DNA of 50,060 nt from Chloroflexota bacterium (GTDB lineage: Bacteria; Chloroflexota; Anaerolineae; Anaerolineales; UBA11579), in NCBI GenBank assembly GCA_039714215.1, contig JBDLJU010000003.1:1-50060 (forward strand), read 5' to 3'. Of the stretch, positions 1 to 10,434 are shown piece after piece (the first letter of the stretch is position 1; each line of letters opens with the position of its first letter). A model generated the notes under the pieces. The model saw nothing but the letters and a program-made list of their open reading frames with translations, had not been told where the DNA came from and did no database searches. Made by a program: the position numbers and the translations under genes.

Positions 1-1608
1 CTGCCCGGGCTCAAGACCCGAAAGCCGGATCAAATCGTTGGCCAAATCGCTGATCTTCACTGGCTTGCCCATATTCAACAAGAAAACCTCGCCACCAGTA
101 CCCATTGCAAAAGCTTGCAGTACCAGGTGGACTGCTTCAGGGATCGTCATGAAGAAGCGTTCCATATCAGGGTGGGTCACCGTTACCGGACCGCCGCCCG
201 CGATTTGGCGCTTAAACAAGGGCACCACACTCCCGCGACTGCCAAGCACATTGCCAAATCGCACCACGGAGAAATGCCTCCCCTGGTCTTTCCCTGCATT
301 AAGCACAATCATCTCTGCCAATCGTTTGGTGGCACCCATCACACTGGTTGGGCGTACGGCTTTGTCGGATGAGATCATCACCAAACGCTCGGTTCCGCAT
401 TCGCCAGCCACATCGACCAAATTGCGGGTGCCCAATACGTTATTGGTGATCGCTTCTTCGACATTCTTTTCCATCAAAGGGACGTGTTTGTGTGCGGCAG
501 CATGGAAAACCACTTCCGGCTCAAATCGGGTAAAGATATGGGTCAGCCGATTTTTATCACGCACATCCGCAATCACCGGATATAAAGTTAATCCCGGGAA
601 AGTTTGCTCAAGTTCAATCATGATCTCAAAGATGCTATTTTCGCCGTGCCCGACTAAAATTAGCTCCGCGGGCGACCATCTGGCAACCTGCCGGCACAAC
701 TCACTGGCGATTGAACCGCCTGCCCCGGTCACCAGAATCCGTTTGCCTTCAATCAGCTGAGCAATCCGTTCGGGATTAATCGTGGCATGCTCTCGACGCA
801 GCAAGTCTGCAATGTCTACTTCGCGCAGGCGGTTGACGCTGACTGATCCACCAAGCAGCTCATAAATCCCAGGCATGGTACGGAAGGCTATTCTTTTATC
901 CCGGCAAACTTCAGCAACTTTACGTACCACAGCTCCCGGCGCACTTGGGATAGCGATCACCACTTCGCTGATCAGTTTAGATTCGAGTGTAACGGCCAAA
1001 TCATCAAGGGTGCCCACAACCGGGACATCATGGATCAATACATCTTGTTTTTGACGGTCATCATCCAAAAAAGCTACCGGGGTAAGCTTTAGCTGAGGGT
1101 TCTTTTGAAACTCGCGGACCACTAAAGCACCGGCATCCCCCGCCCCTACGACAAGCACCCGTCCCTCGCCTTTGTGCGATTGACGTACCATATCTGCTTC
1201 GGTCAGCAATCGCGGCAAAAACCGGATCCCGCCGACCAGGATCAGCGAAAGCATCCAATCCATAATCGGAACGGAACGGGCAAAATATTCAAACACACCT
1301 AGGTAATTGAGCAGGTACTGGACCCCACCAACCAGCAAGGAGGCGGTTGTAACTGCCCGGGTGATCAGGCTCAACTCGCGCACGCTGGCATATCTCCAAA
1401 AATGCTGGTACAACCCAAACTTCCAGTAAAGTAAAGGTTTGACCACCAAGGCAGTCCCCAACATCACCCACAAGGTAAGAGGATAATCGTACTGCACCTG
1501 GAATAAGGATAACCGTATCAGGAAGCTGAGCACCACCGACAGGATGATGAAGCCAAGATCTAAAGCAAAAATATAGCGATTACGAAGATGGAACCGTTCT
1601 CTGTTCAT
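1..1608 (-). CDS. Polysaccharide biosynthesis protein, CapD/PglF-like nucleoside-diphosphate-sugar dehydratase (3'-partial, runs off the window)
   Basis: Absent from the ORF track. Manual translation of sampled stretches from ATG 1608 gives MNRERFHLRNRYIFALDLGFIILSVVLSFLIRL (TM region), the Rossmann motif GKRILVTGAGGSIASELCRQV, and ...LIRLSGLEPGQ at the window edge, all in one frame. Confidence 0.92.
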   Translation of the reverse strand, partial: MNRERFHLRNRYIFALDLGFIILSVVLSFLIRLSLFQVQYDYPLTLWVMLGTALVVKPLLYWKFGLYQHFWRYASVRELSLITRAVTTASLLVGGVQYLLNYLGVFEYFARSVPIMDWMLSLILVGGIRFLPRLLTEADMVRQSHKGEGRVLVVGAGDAGALVVREFQKNPQLKLTPVAFLDDDRQKQDVLIHDVPVVGTLDDLAVTLESKLISEVVIAIPSAPGAVVRKVAEVCRDKRIAFRTMPGIYELLGGSVSVNRLREVDIADLLRREHATINPERIAQLIEGKRILVTGAGGSIASELCRQVARWSPAELILVGHGENSIFEIMIELEQTFPGLTLYPVIADVRDKNRLTHIFTRFEPEVVFHAAAHKHVPLMEKNVEEAITNNVLGTRNLVDVAGECGTERLVMISSDKAVRPTSVMGATKRLAEMIVLNAGKDQGRHFSVVRFGNVLGSRGSVVPLFKRQIAGGGPVTVTHPDMERFFMTIPEAVHLVLQAFAMGTGGEVFLLNMGKPVKISDLANDLIRLSGLEPGQ

Positions 1609-1622
1609 CTGATCAACAACAC

Positions 1623-3047
1623 CTATCTCCCCCGGAACCCAAATACCGCTGCGGCGGTACGCAGCAAGATCAATAAATCCATCCAGAATGTACGGTGCTT
1701 AATATAATAGAGGTCATATTCGAGCTTGACGATCATCTCTTCGATATTGGCTGCGTATTTTATATGCACCTGGGCCCACCCGGTAACCCCCGGTTTGACC
1801 AGCAGTCTTGCCCGGTAAAAAGGAATATGTTGTTGGAAGTGATCCACGTATTCGGGCAGCTCGGGACGGGGGCCGACCAAACTCATATCGCCGCGCAGCA
1901 CGTTGATAAACTGCAGCCATTCATCTAAATGAGTTTTTCGTAAAAATTTTCCCAGGGGCGTCACCCGGTCATCATTCTCGGAGGTTAATGTTGGTCGTTC
2001 ACCCTTTTCGGTGTGCAATTTCATCGAGCGGAATTTCAATATCCGAAACGGCCTTCCACCCTTTCCAGCTCGGGTTTGCTCAAATACGACCGGCCTTCCC
2101 GATTCGATTAATATAGCAAGAGATACCAGGGGACCAATCACGACCAAACTAAGCGCACCAACCAGCCCAGCCAGGATGTCTACGATTCGTTTGGCAATCG
2201 TATAAAATGAGCTTTCCCGGGCCTCATCCACAAAAGACCGCATGATCCAATCAGCCTCAAGGTGCTCCACCGGCACCCGTTCGATTAATTCCTCATAGGC
2301 TACCGGCATGCGGGTTATCAAGATTCCGCGCTGCTGAGCCTCGAGCAGGGTTTCGAATGTTTCAGGGATAATCTTCCCAGAAATTGCGACAATTAATTCA
2401 GTTACATTTTCCTGCACTGCCAGCGAGATTAAATTTTCGCTGGATCCGATCACTTCAAAACCAAAAAACTTCTGACCAATTTTGGATAGCTCATCATCAA
2501 TCAAACCCGCCAGGATGAAGGGCTGTTCAATATTCTCGAGCACTTTAAGCAGCGCCTGACCTGTCTCCCCAGCGCCGACCAGAAAAACGCGATGCATGAA
2601 CCGCGTCGTAGAAAAAATTTGGATGTAGCTGAAACGCCACAGTAAGGTTAACCCTGCAGCCGCTCCTAAAAAGATCGCCACCCCCCTTCTAGGCAGCAGG
2701 GTATCGGAGGTGAAATACACCACCAGGTAGAGTACCCCGCCAACCAGGGCGGAAATCCCAATGGCCTTGAGCGTACGCCTGAAATCTGAGGAAGTCCGGC
2801 GATCATAGGTATCCATTAACAGGATCATCCAGATCACTGGCAGCAAATAAAACCAGGTTTCAAGCCTCTGCTGGGCAAATACAATCACCGGCTGAGTGGA
2901 AAACGTCATCGCACTGGCCCAAAAATAAACGGCGATCACAAAAGCAACCCAGGCAAAGAAAAAATCACCGGCAAACAGCAAAGTACGCTGCTCTCCAGGT
3001 CTTAAGCGCCAATGCGCCTTGGTCGATGTGTGGCCTTCGTTGCTCAT
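1623..3047 (-). CDS. Polyprenyl-phosphate sugar phosphotransferase (WcaJ/WbaP-like priming sugar transferase)
   Basis: N-terminal TM helices, GAGETG motif, C-terminal FEQTRAGKGG..KFRSM, GDMSLVGPRPE, KPGVTGWAQV and YDLYYI motifs. Confidence 0.93.
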   Translation of the reverse strand: MSNEGHTSTKAHWRLRPGEQRTLLFAGDFFFAWVAFVIAVYFWASAMTFSTQPVIVFAQQRLETWFYLLPVIWMILLMDTYDRRTSSDFRRTLKAIGISALVGGVLYLVVYFTSDTLLPRRGVAIFLGAAAGLTLLWRFSYIQIFSTTRFMHRVFLVGAGETGQALLKVLENIEQPFILAGLIDDELSKIGQKFFGFEVIGSSENLISLAVQENVTELIVAISGKIIPETFETLLEAQQRGILITRMPVAYEELIERVPVEHLEADWIMRSFVDEARESSFYTIAKRIVDILAGLVGALSLVVIGPLVSLAILIESGRPVVFEQTRAGKGGRPFRILKFRSMKLHTEKGERPTLTSENDDRVTPLGKFLRKTHLDEWLQFINVLRGDMSLVGPRPELPEYVDHFQQHIPFYRARLLVKPGVTGWAQVHIKYAANIEEMIVKLEYDLYYIKHRTFWMDLLILLRTAAAVFGFRGR

Positions 3048-4060
3048 GCAGGTCTCTTAGGTGAAAAAATACTTGTGATCAGGCTCCATATAAATGCACT
3101 GCCCCATGAGAAATGCATCACGGTGATCGCCAGGGGAACACCCAGCAGCAGATATCCTTTTCCTTTTTGGGAAACAACATCCAAACCGCTGAGTACCAGT
3201 GCCAGACCATATAATACCACTGCTGTGATAAAAAGCGTGCCTGCGGCCGGGATCCAAATTGCAGCCAAAGCCAGGAATATCAGCCCCAAAACAAACAGGG
3301 GAGGCAGCGCCTGACGCCAGCGTAAGCTGCCAGGATAGCGTTGCAGCATTTTAACTTTCCAAAAACCATATCTCCAGTATTGTTTTGCCAGCTGTCCGAG
3401 AGTTGGACGGGCAAAATATTTCACCTGTATTGCTGGATTAAGCCATAATTTTCCACCCATCATCCGGATACGAGTGTTAAATTCATAATCTTCATTGGTA
3501 AGCAGAGATTCATCAAAACCGCCCAATTGGTCAAACAAACTGCGCCGAAAAGCTCCGAAGGGCACGGTATCAGCTTCCCCGGCGGTATCTGCATAGCGGT
3601 ATTTGGCATCCCCCACGCCCAGGCGATGAGATGCGGCAGCAGCAATTGATTCTGCCACCCAGCCAGCTCTTCCGGGAGCTATTTGCCACACGCCGCCCAC
3701 ATTGTCTCCCAAATGATGCTCTAAATCCGAGATACTGCGCGCCACATACTCCGGATGCGGTACAGAGTGCGCATCCAACCTCACAATAAACTCCCCACGC
3801 GACGCCCGGATTGCCACATTCAGTCCCGAAGGAATTGTACGCTTGAGGTTGTCTACCACCCGTATTTTGAGTCCGTGGTTTTCCTCTGCAAATCGAGTAA
3901 TCTTATCCCGGGTGTTGTCTTCCGACATCCCATCAGCAATTACCACTTCCATCTGTTCTAGCGGATAGGTTTGATGGAGCAGCGAATTTAAAAGCAATCC
4001 GATGGTCTTTTCTTCGTTATAGCAAGGAATTATTACAGATACTTTTGGTGTTTGTTCCAT
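3044..4060 (-). CDS. Glycosyltransferase family 2 (ExoA-like)
   Basis: VSVIIPCYNEE, DGMSEDNT, RLDAH, NEDYEFN motifs and C-terminal TM helices. Start moved to ATG 4060 (MEQTPK), 7 nt downstream of TATAAT. Confidence 0.9.
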   Translation of the reverse strand: MEQTPKVSVIIPCYNEEKTIGLLLNSLLHQTYPLEQMEVVIADGMSEDNTRDKITRFAEENHGLKIRVVDNLKRTIPSGLNVAIRASRGEFIVRLDAHSVPHPEYVARSISDLEHHLGDNVGGVWQIAPGRAGWVAESIAAAASHRLGVGDAKYRYADTAGEADTVPFGAFRRSLFDQLGGFDESLLTNEDYEFNTRIRMMGGKLWLNPAIQVKYFARPTLGQLAKQYWRYGFWKVKMLQRYPGSLRWRQALPPLFVLGLIFLALAAIWIPAAGTLFITAVVLYGLALVLSGLDVVSQKGKGYLLLGVPLAITVMHFSWGSAFIWSLITSIFSPKRPA

Positions 4061-4125
4061 TGGCCTTATTATAAAGCGGGATTGTTGATCTGTAACGGGT
4101 ATCTCAAAAAATGAGATACCCAAAT

Positions 4126-5544
4126 TTATTTATTGGTTTGGATCACCAGGGTTTCATCGTCTGGTTTGGCAAACGGCAGCCACACGGTAAAGGAACTCCC
4201 CTGACCCATTTGGCTGTGGGCGCTCATCCCACCGCCATGGGCTTCGACAATTTCTTGAGCAATTGCTAAACCCAACCCCGCGCTGTGTTGATCCCCCCCT
4301 TTGCGGGATTTATCCATCTGATAAAAACGTTCAAAAATTCGGCTGAGCTCATCGGGAGGGATTCCGGTGCCGCTGTCTGTAATTGAAATTTCGGCGCGCT
4401 GGTTCACCACGGATGCAGCCAGGGTTACCTGCCCTCCAGGCGGAGTATGCTTGAGCGCGTTGTCCACCAAATTGGTAAACACCTGAACCAGGCGGTCTCC
4501 ATCGCCGATCATCGCCGGCAGGGGGTCAATCTGGCTGTTCAATGCAACCTGGGCTTCCAGAGCCTGAGGAGAAAACTTCTCAATCACCCGCTGCAGCAGA
4601 GGAGAGAGGTCAAGCCGCTCTCGCCGGAAATCAGCGGTACCTGCGTCCAGTTTAGCCAGGTCCAATAAATCAAGTACCATCCTGTGCATCCGCCCGGCTT
4701 CGTCATATATCACCTGGGCAGCCTGCTTTTGATCTCCTGGGGAACTCACCGTGCCATCCAAAATCGCCTGGGCAAAACCCTGAACAGATGTAAGCGGAGT
4801 TTTTAACTCATGAGAAACGTTGGCCACAAAATCTCGCTGTGAGTTTTGGCTGGCAAATACCTGATCAGCCATTTCATTGAACGCTTCCCCCAATGCCCAG
4901 ACTTCACGCGGCCCTTCAGGTGTAATCTTGGTCAGCTCACCCACCGCAATTTTTTGGGAAGCCGCAGATATTTTTTGCAGCGGGGAAGCCACCGAGTGGG
5001 TGATCCACACTGCGAGGAGCATGGATAGCCCCACCCCCACGAAAGCGGACATCATCAGGGCCTGGAGCAGTTCAGCCGTGACCGGTGAGCCGATCACCTC
5101 ACGCAGCGGCTGGCGCTCAATCGCAACGATCAAGGTGTAGCCATTTTGAACTGGCCTTCCGGTATACAACCACTGATTCCCCTCCAGGTCTTTGATTAAA
5201 AATATATCTCGCCGCGGGTCGCTGGGGATTCGTAAAGCGCCTGAAAATTCAGCCTCTGTCTCAATGCCTGAATCGAATTTTATCAATCCCTCCTGGTCAA
5301 TCGCCAAAACCCGCATCCCCACCGCTTCGCTAATTCTTTCAACAGCCTGCTGGGCTGCCTCGGCTTTGATGATCGGGATATTTTGACGTTGGCTTAGCTG
5401 AGCAACGACGGCCTGCAGCTGTAAGCGCGACACCAGGTTCCCGCGTGCTACAAAAACCAGCATCGTTACCCCTATGATCAGCGCCATTAAAAGGATCACA
5501 AACCCAAAACTTAACCACAGTCTAGAACGGAGCGACAGGTTCAT
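4126..5544 (-). CDS. HAMP-domain sensor histidine kinase
   Basis: Two TM segments, HAMP, H-box VSHELKTPLT, N-box NLVDNALK, G-boxes DSGTGI and GLGLAI. Confidence 0.95.
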   Translation of the reverse strand: MNLSLRSRLWLSFGFVILLMALIIGVTMLVFVARGNLVSRLQLQAVVAQLSQRQNIPIIKAEAAQQAVERISEAVGMRVLAIDQEGLIKFDSGIETEAEFSGALRIPSDPRRDIFLIKDLEGNQWLYTGRPVQNGYTLIVAIERQPLREVIGSPVTAELLQALMMSAFVGVGLSMLLAVWITHSVASPLQKISAASQKIAVGELTKITPEGPREVWALGEAFNEMADQVFASQNSQRDFVANVSHELKTPLTSVQGFAQAILDGTVSSPGDQKQAAQVIYDEAGRMHRMVLDLLDLAKLDAGTADFRRERLDLSPLLQRVIEKFSPQALEAQVALNSQIDPLPAMIGDGDRLVQVFTNLVDNALKHTPPGGQVTLAASVVNQRAEISITDSGTGIPPDELSRIFERFYQMDKSRKGGDQHSAGLGLAIAQEIVEAHGGGMSAHSQMGQGSSFTVWLPFAKPDDETLVIQTNK

Positions 5545-6227
5545 CCGATCACCAATTTATATCCCACCCCGGTGACAGTTTCAATTTGAACCGTGCTCTC
5601 AATCAGTTTCTTGCGGAGATGGGCGACATGCACATCCACGGTGCGAGTCTGCCCAAAATACTCGTACCCCCAGGCAAGATCAAGCAGCTTTTCCCTGGTC
5701 AGCACCAGCCCCTTGTGCTCGGCAAATACCAGCAACAGATCGAATTCCTGTGTGCGGAGTTCAACCACGGCCCCATTAACCCGCACTTCCCGCCGCGCGG
5801 GATCAATCGCCAAATCCGCCAGATGGACCGCATCCTGCTCAACCGCTTGAGCCGGTCTGTTCATCCGCCGCAGCATCGCTTTAACGCGGGCAACCAGCTC
5901 CCGGGGGTTGAAGGGTTTGGTCATGTAATCATCTGCGCCCAGCTCCAAACCGACAATCTTATCAATATCTTCGTCTCTGGCAGTCAGCATGATGATCAGC
6001 ACAGTATCCCCCGCGGCCCTCAGCTGGCGGCAAACCTCAAAGCCATCCAGCCCCGGCAGCATCACATCCAGCACAATCAGGGCTGGGTTAAAATCCCGCG
6101 CGGCAGCCAAAGCCTGCGTGCCATCCCCAACCGATTCAACCCGGAAGCCCTCCTTTTCCAGATACATCTGCGCCAGCTGGACAATACTGGGCTCATCATC
6201 CACTAAGAGGACCAATTCACCCGTCAT
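5541..6227 (-). CDS. OmpR/PhoB-family response regulator
   Basis: LVDDE, LDVMLPGLDG, GADDYMTKPF, RTVDVHVAHLRKK, TVTGVGYK; 4-bp overlap with the kinase gene. Confidence 0.95.
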   Translation of the reverse strand: MTGELVLLVDDEPSIVQLAQMYLEKEGFRVESVGDGTQALAAARDFNPALIVLDVMLPGLDGFEVCRQLRAAGDTVLIIMLTARDEDIDKIVGLELGADDYMTKPFNPRELVARVKAMLRRMNRPAQAVEQDAVHLADLAIDPARREVRVNGAVVELRTQEFDLLLVFAEHKGLVLTREKLLDLAWGYEYFGQTRTVDVHVAHLRKKLIESTVQIETVTGVGYKLVIG

Positions 6228-6235
6228 GTTAACCT

Positions 6236-6634
6236 CTATTCAGGTTTCGCTACCGCGATCGCTTCAATCTCGACCAGCGCGCCGAGAGGTAAACCTGCCA
6301 CCTGTACCGCGGATCGCGCCGGCGGATCGCCGGTGAAGAAAGTGGCATAGATTTCATTGACTGCGCCGTAATCATTCATATCATTCAGGAACACGGTGAC
6401 CTTGAGCACATGATCCAGGTCAGAGCCAGCCGCCTCTAGCACCGCACTCAGGTTCTTTAGCACTTGCAGCGCCTGATCTGCCACCCCGCCCGCAACGAAC
6501 TTGCCGGTAGCAGGGTCAATGCCGAGCTGCCCGGAAGTAAAAACCAACTCGCCGTAGCGGATTCCGGGGGAGTAAGGTGCAACCGGCTTGGCGCCGCCTG
6601 CAGGGATAATCACATCTTTTTTATGGGAAGCCAT
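6236..6634 (-). CDS. ridA: RidA/YjgF/YER057c/UK114 enamine-imine deaminase
   Basis: APYSPG, FTSGQLG, KVTVFL, PPARSAVQVAGLP, VEIEAIA motifs; RBS AGGAG. Confidence 0.9.
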   Translation of the reverse strand: MASHKKDVIIPAGGAKPVAPYSPGIRYGELVFTSGQLGIDPATGKFVAGGVADQALQVLKNLSAVLEAAGSDLDHVLKVTVFLNDMNDYGAVNEIYATFFTGDPPARSAVQVAGLPLGALVEIEAIAVAKPE

Positions 6635-6663
6635 ATTTTTTCTCCTGTTTTTGATTTCTTTTC

Positions 6664-6692
6664 ATTGTAAGCGACAACAAGTCCACGGTCAA
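6664..6692 (-). promoter_or_regulatory. Sigma70-type promoter for ridA and the two-component genes
   Basis: Minus strand TTGACC-17 bp-TACAAT, about 30 nt upstream of the ridA start. Confidence 0.65.
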
Positions 6693-6739
6693 ACCTGGGC
6701 ATTTCAAGAGCAGATCCTCGAACGCAGCCGGTGAATGGT

Positions 6740-7486
6740 TTAGTCAAGCTCTCGCAGCGAAAAGGTCGCCGCAGCTACCACCAGCAGTCCATATCCGAAG
6801 AGGGCGATCAGCAGCATCCAATCATCAGACAGCGAGCCGCCTTCAATTAATACCTGTAAGACCTCATTCGCATAATACAACGGCGTGATGTAGCTCAGCA
6901 CTTGTGCCCATTCGGGTAACTTTTCAACCGGCAGAATAATCCCTGAAAGGATTACCGAAAGGATCACCAGCGGGACAAAGGGAAACACCTGGCCTTCGTT
7001 GCGGGCGAAATTAGACACCAGCATCCCGATCGCCATACTGATCACCGCCAGCAGCCACATCACCACAAACATTGAAACCAAATGGCTCAAGGTGTAGCCC
7101 AACTCAAAGATAATATTCAGTTCTACCAAAACTAATAAACTTTGGACTGTCGCCAACACCGTATAAGCCAGCAAATAGCCGCAGATGATCTCAATCTGGT
7201 TGTAACCGCTGACAAACATCCTGGTCAGCGTACCCGCGGTACGCTCCCGCACCAAGACGATCGCCGTTAAAATAAAGGTAATGAAATGCACAATAAAGGC
7301 GGCATAAGGGATCACGTACACGCTGATATTAAAGAAGGGGGAAGCCATCACATCGAAAATAATTTTAATGAAGTAGATGATCACCAAAGGAAAGATTAGC
7401 GAAATCGCAACAAAGCGGTGATCTCGCCGCAGTTGGGTGAGCACCCGCCCGGTTACCGAGCCAATCCGCTTAATTACAGCGTTCAT
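6740..7486 (-). CDS. ABC-2 type transporter permease
   Basis: About six TM helices; VRERTAGTL and LSGIILPVEKLPEWAQ..ITPLYYA motifs. Confidence 0.9.
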   Translation of the reverse strand: MNAVIKRIGSVTGRVLTQLRRDHRFVAISLIFPLVIIYFIKIIFDVMASPFFNISVYVIPYAAFIVHFITFILTAIVLVRERTAGTLTRMFVSGYNQIEIICGYLLAYTVLATVQSLLVLVELNIIFELGYTLSHLVSMFVVMWLLAVISMAIGMLVSNFARNEGQVFPFVPLVILSVILSGIILPVEKLPEWAQVLSYITPLYYANEVLQVLIEGGSLSDDWMLLIALFGYGLLVVAAATFSLRELD

Positions 7487-8363
7487 CTGCCGCCTCCCGG
7501 GTATGGTTCATTTCATGCTGCTGGATCATTCCTAACACCACACTTTCAAGAGTGTCCTCCTCAACCGCAATTTGGCTCACGGCTGGATCAAGCCCATACT
7601 GCTGGAGCACAGATGGCAGTTCTTCTCGGGTATTCGCCACCTGATAGGCCTCTCGCACTGCCCCCTTCTGCACGATGATCTTCGTCTGGCTGCCCAACAA
7701 CAGGTTCCTGGGGGAATCTGCGGCTAAAAATGCCCCCTGGTAGAGTACGCCTAATTGGTCGCAGTTCATCGCCTCATCCATCTGGTGGGTGCTGAGGATG
7801 ATCGTGACCCCATCAGCAGTCAGCTGATGGAAATGTGCCCAAAAAGCCTCGCGCAGTTTTGGGTCAATCCCGGAAGTCGGTTCGTCGAGGAATAACAGCT
7901 GCGGCTGGTGGACCAGGGCACAAGCAAGAGAAACGCGCTGCTTCATCCCCCCAGAAAATTTATAGACCTGATCCGTCGCCCGCTCGCTGAGGCCGACAAA
8001 TTCGATCACCTCGCGCACCCGATCTGCAAGGTTCGCAATCGGGTGCGCCTGCCCGAAGAAGCGGATGTTTTCATAGGCGGTGAGGTCCTCGTACAAAGTC
8101 GGGGTTTGCGGCATATATCCGATCAAACGTCGCAAAGCGCTCTTCTGTCGGATTGGATCAAGCCCCAACACTGAAATGCTCCCAGAGGTCGCTTTTGTCG
8201 AGCCGATCAGCAGGCGGATTAAGGTGGTTTTGCCTGCCCCGTTGGGGCCGAGCAAGCCAAAAATCTGTCCGCAGTCGATTTGCTGGCTGATCCCCGCGAC
8301 TGCCTGCACCTGACCATAGGCTTTATGCAGATCGCTGATCACAATTGTGGTTGGATCACTCAT
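7470..8363 (-). CDS. ABC transporter ATP-binding protein
   Basis: Walker A GPNGAGKTT, signature FSGGMKQR, Walker B LFLDEPT, STH switch; RBS GGAGG. Confidence 0.95.
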   Translation of the reverse strand: MSDPTTIVISDLHKAYGQVQAVAGISQQIDCGQIFGLLGPNGAGKTTLIRLLIGSTKATSGSISVLGLDPIRQKSALRRLIGYMPQTPTLYEDLTAYENIRFFGQAHPIANLADRVREVIEFVGLSERATDQVYKFSGGMKQRVSLACALVHQPQLLFLDEPTSGIDPKLREAFWAHFHQLTADGVTIILSTHQMDEAMNCDQLGVLYQGAFLAADSPRNLLLGSQTKIIVQKGAVREAYQVANTREELPSVLQQYGLDPAVSQIAVEEDTLESVVLGMIQQHEMNHTREAADERCN

Positions 8364-8478
8364 CTATGCTCCTCCATCTTCCGGAAACACCTGCTTTTCA
8401 ATACAGATTGCATCCTGTGCCTACAACACATGATAAATATCTTGCTATATAGAATACTTCTTCATAATATATTGCATT

Positions 8479-9096
8479 CTAGGGCGTCGCAGTAGCTCCC
8501 GGAATCCCTTCCACAGCGACCTCATCGGTGTAGATTTCCGAAATATCTCCTGCAGCGGTACGAAATTGGGCATGTACCCAGAAAGTGGTCCAATTGGTCG
8601 CCAGCTGCACAGGAAAAGTTTTTTCTTCACTGTATCGCTCCCAAGGTTGGGCATCCATGTCTAGCTGTGAGATTGACTGCGATCCGGCAATCACCCGCAT
8701 TTCGACCACCGCTCCAGGGAGTTCATTCATCCTTGGGAAAAACTGCACCCTCACGTTGGCCGTCTCTCCCGCGATGCCGCCCACGCAGCACCTGCCCTCC
8801 TCAATCAGTACGCCGTAAATTCGATCATAGGGAGTCAGGGTGACCGTCATTGGTGATTGATCTGGATTTCCGCCTGGTTTCGAAGTTGACCATGCCTGTA
8901 AGCTCAGGCGCTGCTCCCCGATTTGAGTAGACTGGTAAGCATTCCACTCTTCCAGCCGGTCAACTTCCGCCTCCATAGTTACAATCACCACATTCATTTG
9001 CTGATTGATTTCAGAAAAATGGATTGCCAATGCCCCCATGCCAACCACAAGCAGCACAACGCCCACAATTACTATAAACCGAGCCGCGCCAGTCAT
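8479..9096 (-). CDS. Hypothetical membrane-anchored or secreted protein
   Basis: N-terminal hydrophobic helix, RBS AGGAGGAG, upstream TG-TATAAT near 9137-9144; no family recognised. Confidence 0.75.
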   Translation of the reverse strand: MTGAARFIVIVGVVLLVVGMGALAIHFSEINQQMNVVIVTMEAEVDRLEEWNAYQSTQIGEQRLSLQAWSTSKPGGNPDQSPMTVTLTPYDRIYGVLIEEGRCCVGGIAGETANVRVQFFPRMNELPGAVVEMRVIAGSQSISQLDMDAQPWERYSEEKTFPVQLATNWTTFWVHAQFRTAAGDISEIYTDEVAVEGIPGATATP

Positions 9097-9314
9097 CCAA
9101 TGCTCCTCCTAAAACTTATCTTGATAATTGCCTTCATTATACAGCGAGCTGGTTGGCTTAACCGCGTTAATCCAATTCAATCATGAATCTGTTAACGAAC
9201 TAATCAAATATTCGTATCTGCCCTTTTAAGGAAACCGCCATCCATCCCATCTCCTGATACCCCAATACACGCAAGCAGAATTGTGATCGTCGTTAAACAA
9301 GGGTGAAGGCAAAC

Positions 9315-9342
9315 AAAAAGAGCCGGTCACGAGACCGGCTCT
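9315..9342 (-). terminator. Intrinsic terminator, near-copy of the leuS terminator
   Basis: AGAGCCGGTC-acga-GACCGGCTCT with an A-tract on the left (U-tract on the minus strand); similar to 12815-12843. Confidence 0.8.
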
Positions 9343-9365
9343 CACTATCTACTACCTGCTGCCAT

Positions 9366-9440
9366 TTACAAAACCATATTCACCAAGCGCCCCTGCACCA
9401 CCAGGGTGATCTCATCCACGGCGGTGGCTTTGTCCAGCTC
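9366..9440 (-). pseudogene. Displaced, internally deleted duplicate of the leuS 3' end
   Basis: Translates ELDKATAVDEITLVVQGRLVNMVL*, versus LeuS ELDKSATEVDEITLVVQ[46 aa]GRLVNIVI*. Confidence 0.9.
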
Positions 9441-9443
9441 AGA

Positions 9444-10256
9444 TCATTGAATTTCTTTTCTCAATTGTTGAGCTTTTTTTACAAACTCTTTAACTTTTTT
9501 AGGGTCCAATGGATCCAGGAATCCTCCATGAGTTTTTATGCTGCTGCCAACAATGATTGCATCAGAGATATTCATAAAAGCGGCTAAATTATCAAGATTA
9601 GCTCCACCGCCTGTAACCAAATACGCATCTGGCAATTTCTCACGGAGATCCTTCAAACGGTTGATGATGTCTTGCTCCCCATATCCGGAGACAACAAGCG
9701 CATCCACGTCTGCATGGCGGATCGCCAGGTCTGCCAGGATCTCAAGCGGAAATTCCCCCACAGGGGCCGCTGTTCTATCATACAAATCCCCGATAATATC
9801 AATATCATGAGCGCCAATCCGATTACGGAAGGCAAGCAGCTCATGTGGGTCTGCTTGAACCAACCCCGTTGATGTGGCAACAACCCCAACATTAATCTTG
9901 ATGCGCACAAAATCAGCTGAGATCGCCTTAGCAATCGCCAGGGCCGCCTTACTTCCATTCATCAACACATTCACACCCAAAATTTTTGAGCTGATGCCGC
10001 GCAGTTTCATCCCTATCGCAGTCATAAAGGCCACGGTTGCCTCATCCCCTTCTTCCGATGCTGGCACATCTCCGGTGTTTTGGAAGAGGACCGCGTCAAA
10101 ACCGGCTTCCATTAATATCTCCGTTTCATCCACGGCTCTCTGAACAATCGATGGAAATGGTTCTGTGAAATGGACTGATCCAGGTAATCCAGCAAGATGG
10201 ACCATGCCAATGATTGGTTTCTTCGATTTTTTTAATAGCTCAATAAAATTGCCCAT
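9444..10256 (-). CDS. BtpA/SgcQ family TIM-barrel protein
   Basis: KPIIGMVHLAGLPGS, FQNTGDVP, GVNVLMN, GGGANLDN, AIIVGSSIK motifs. Confidence 0.9.
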   Translation of the reverse strand: MGNFIELLKKSKKPIIGMVHLAGLPGSVHFTEPFPSIVQRAVDETEILMEAGFDAVLFQNTGDVPASEEGDEATVAFMTAIGMKLRGISSKILGVNVLMNGSKAALAIAKAISADFVRIKINVGVVATSTGLVQADPHELLAFRNRIGAHDIDIIGDLYDRTAAPVGEFPLEILADLAIRHADVDALVVSGYGEQDIINRLKDLREKLPDAYLVTGGGANLDNLAAFMNISDAIIVGSSIKTHGGFLDPLDPKKVKEFVKKAQQLRKEIQ

Positions 10257-10434
10257 ATTTTTACACTCCGGATATGATGATGGTAACTACAGCGAATTAT
10301 TTTATCAACACTGGGGAATTTTGGTTTTTTATGTTTTCCTCTTTTGGACACATCTGTTTCTAAAAGAACAGTCTCACAATCATTTTCCTCAGCATTGTCA
10401 CTCACTGATTTTTCAGCAGCCAATATCTTTCCTG

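Noticed and set aside
38-760. 240-aa + strand ORF
   Set aside because: Antisense shadow of the CapD/PglF-like gene on the minus strand.
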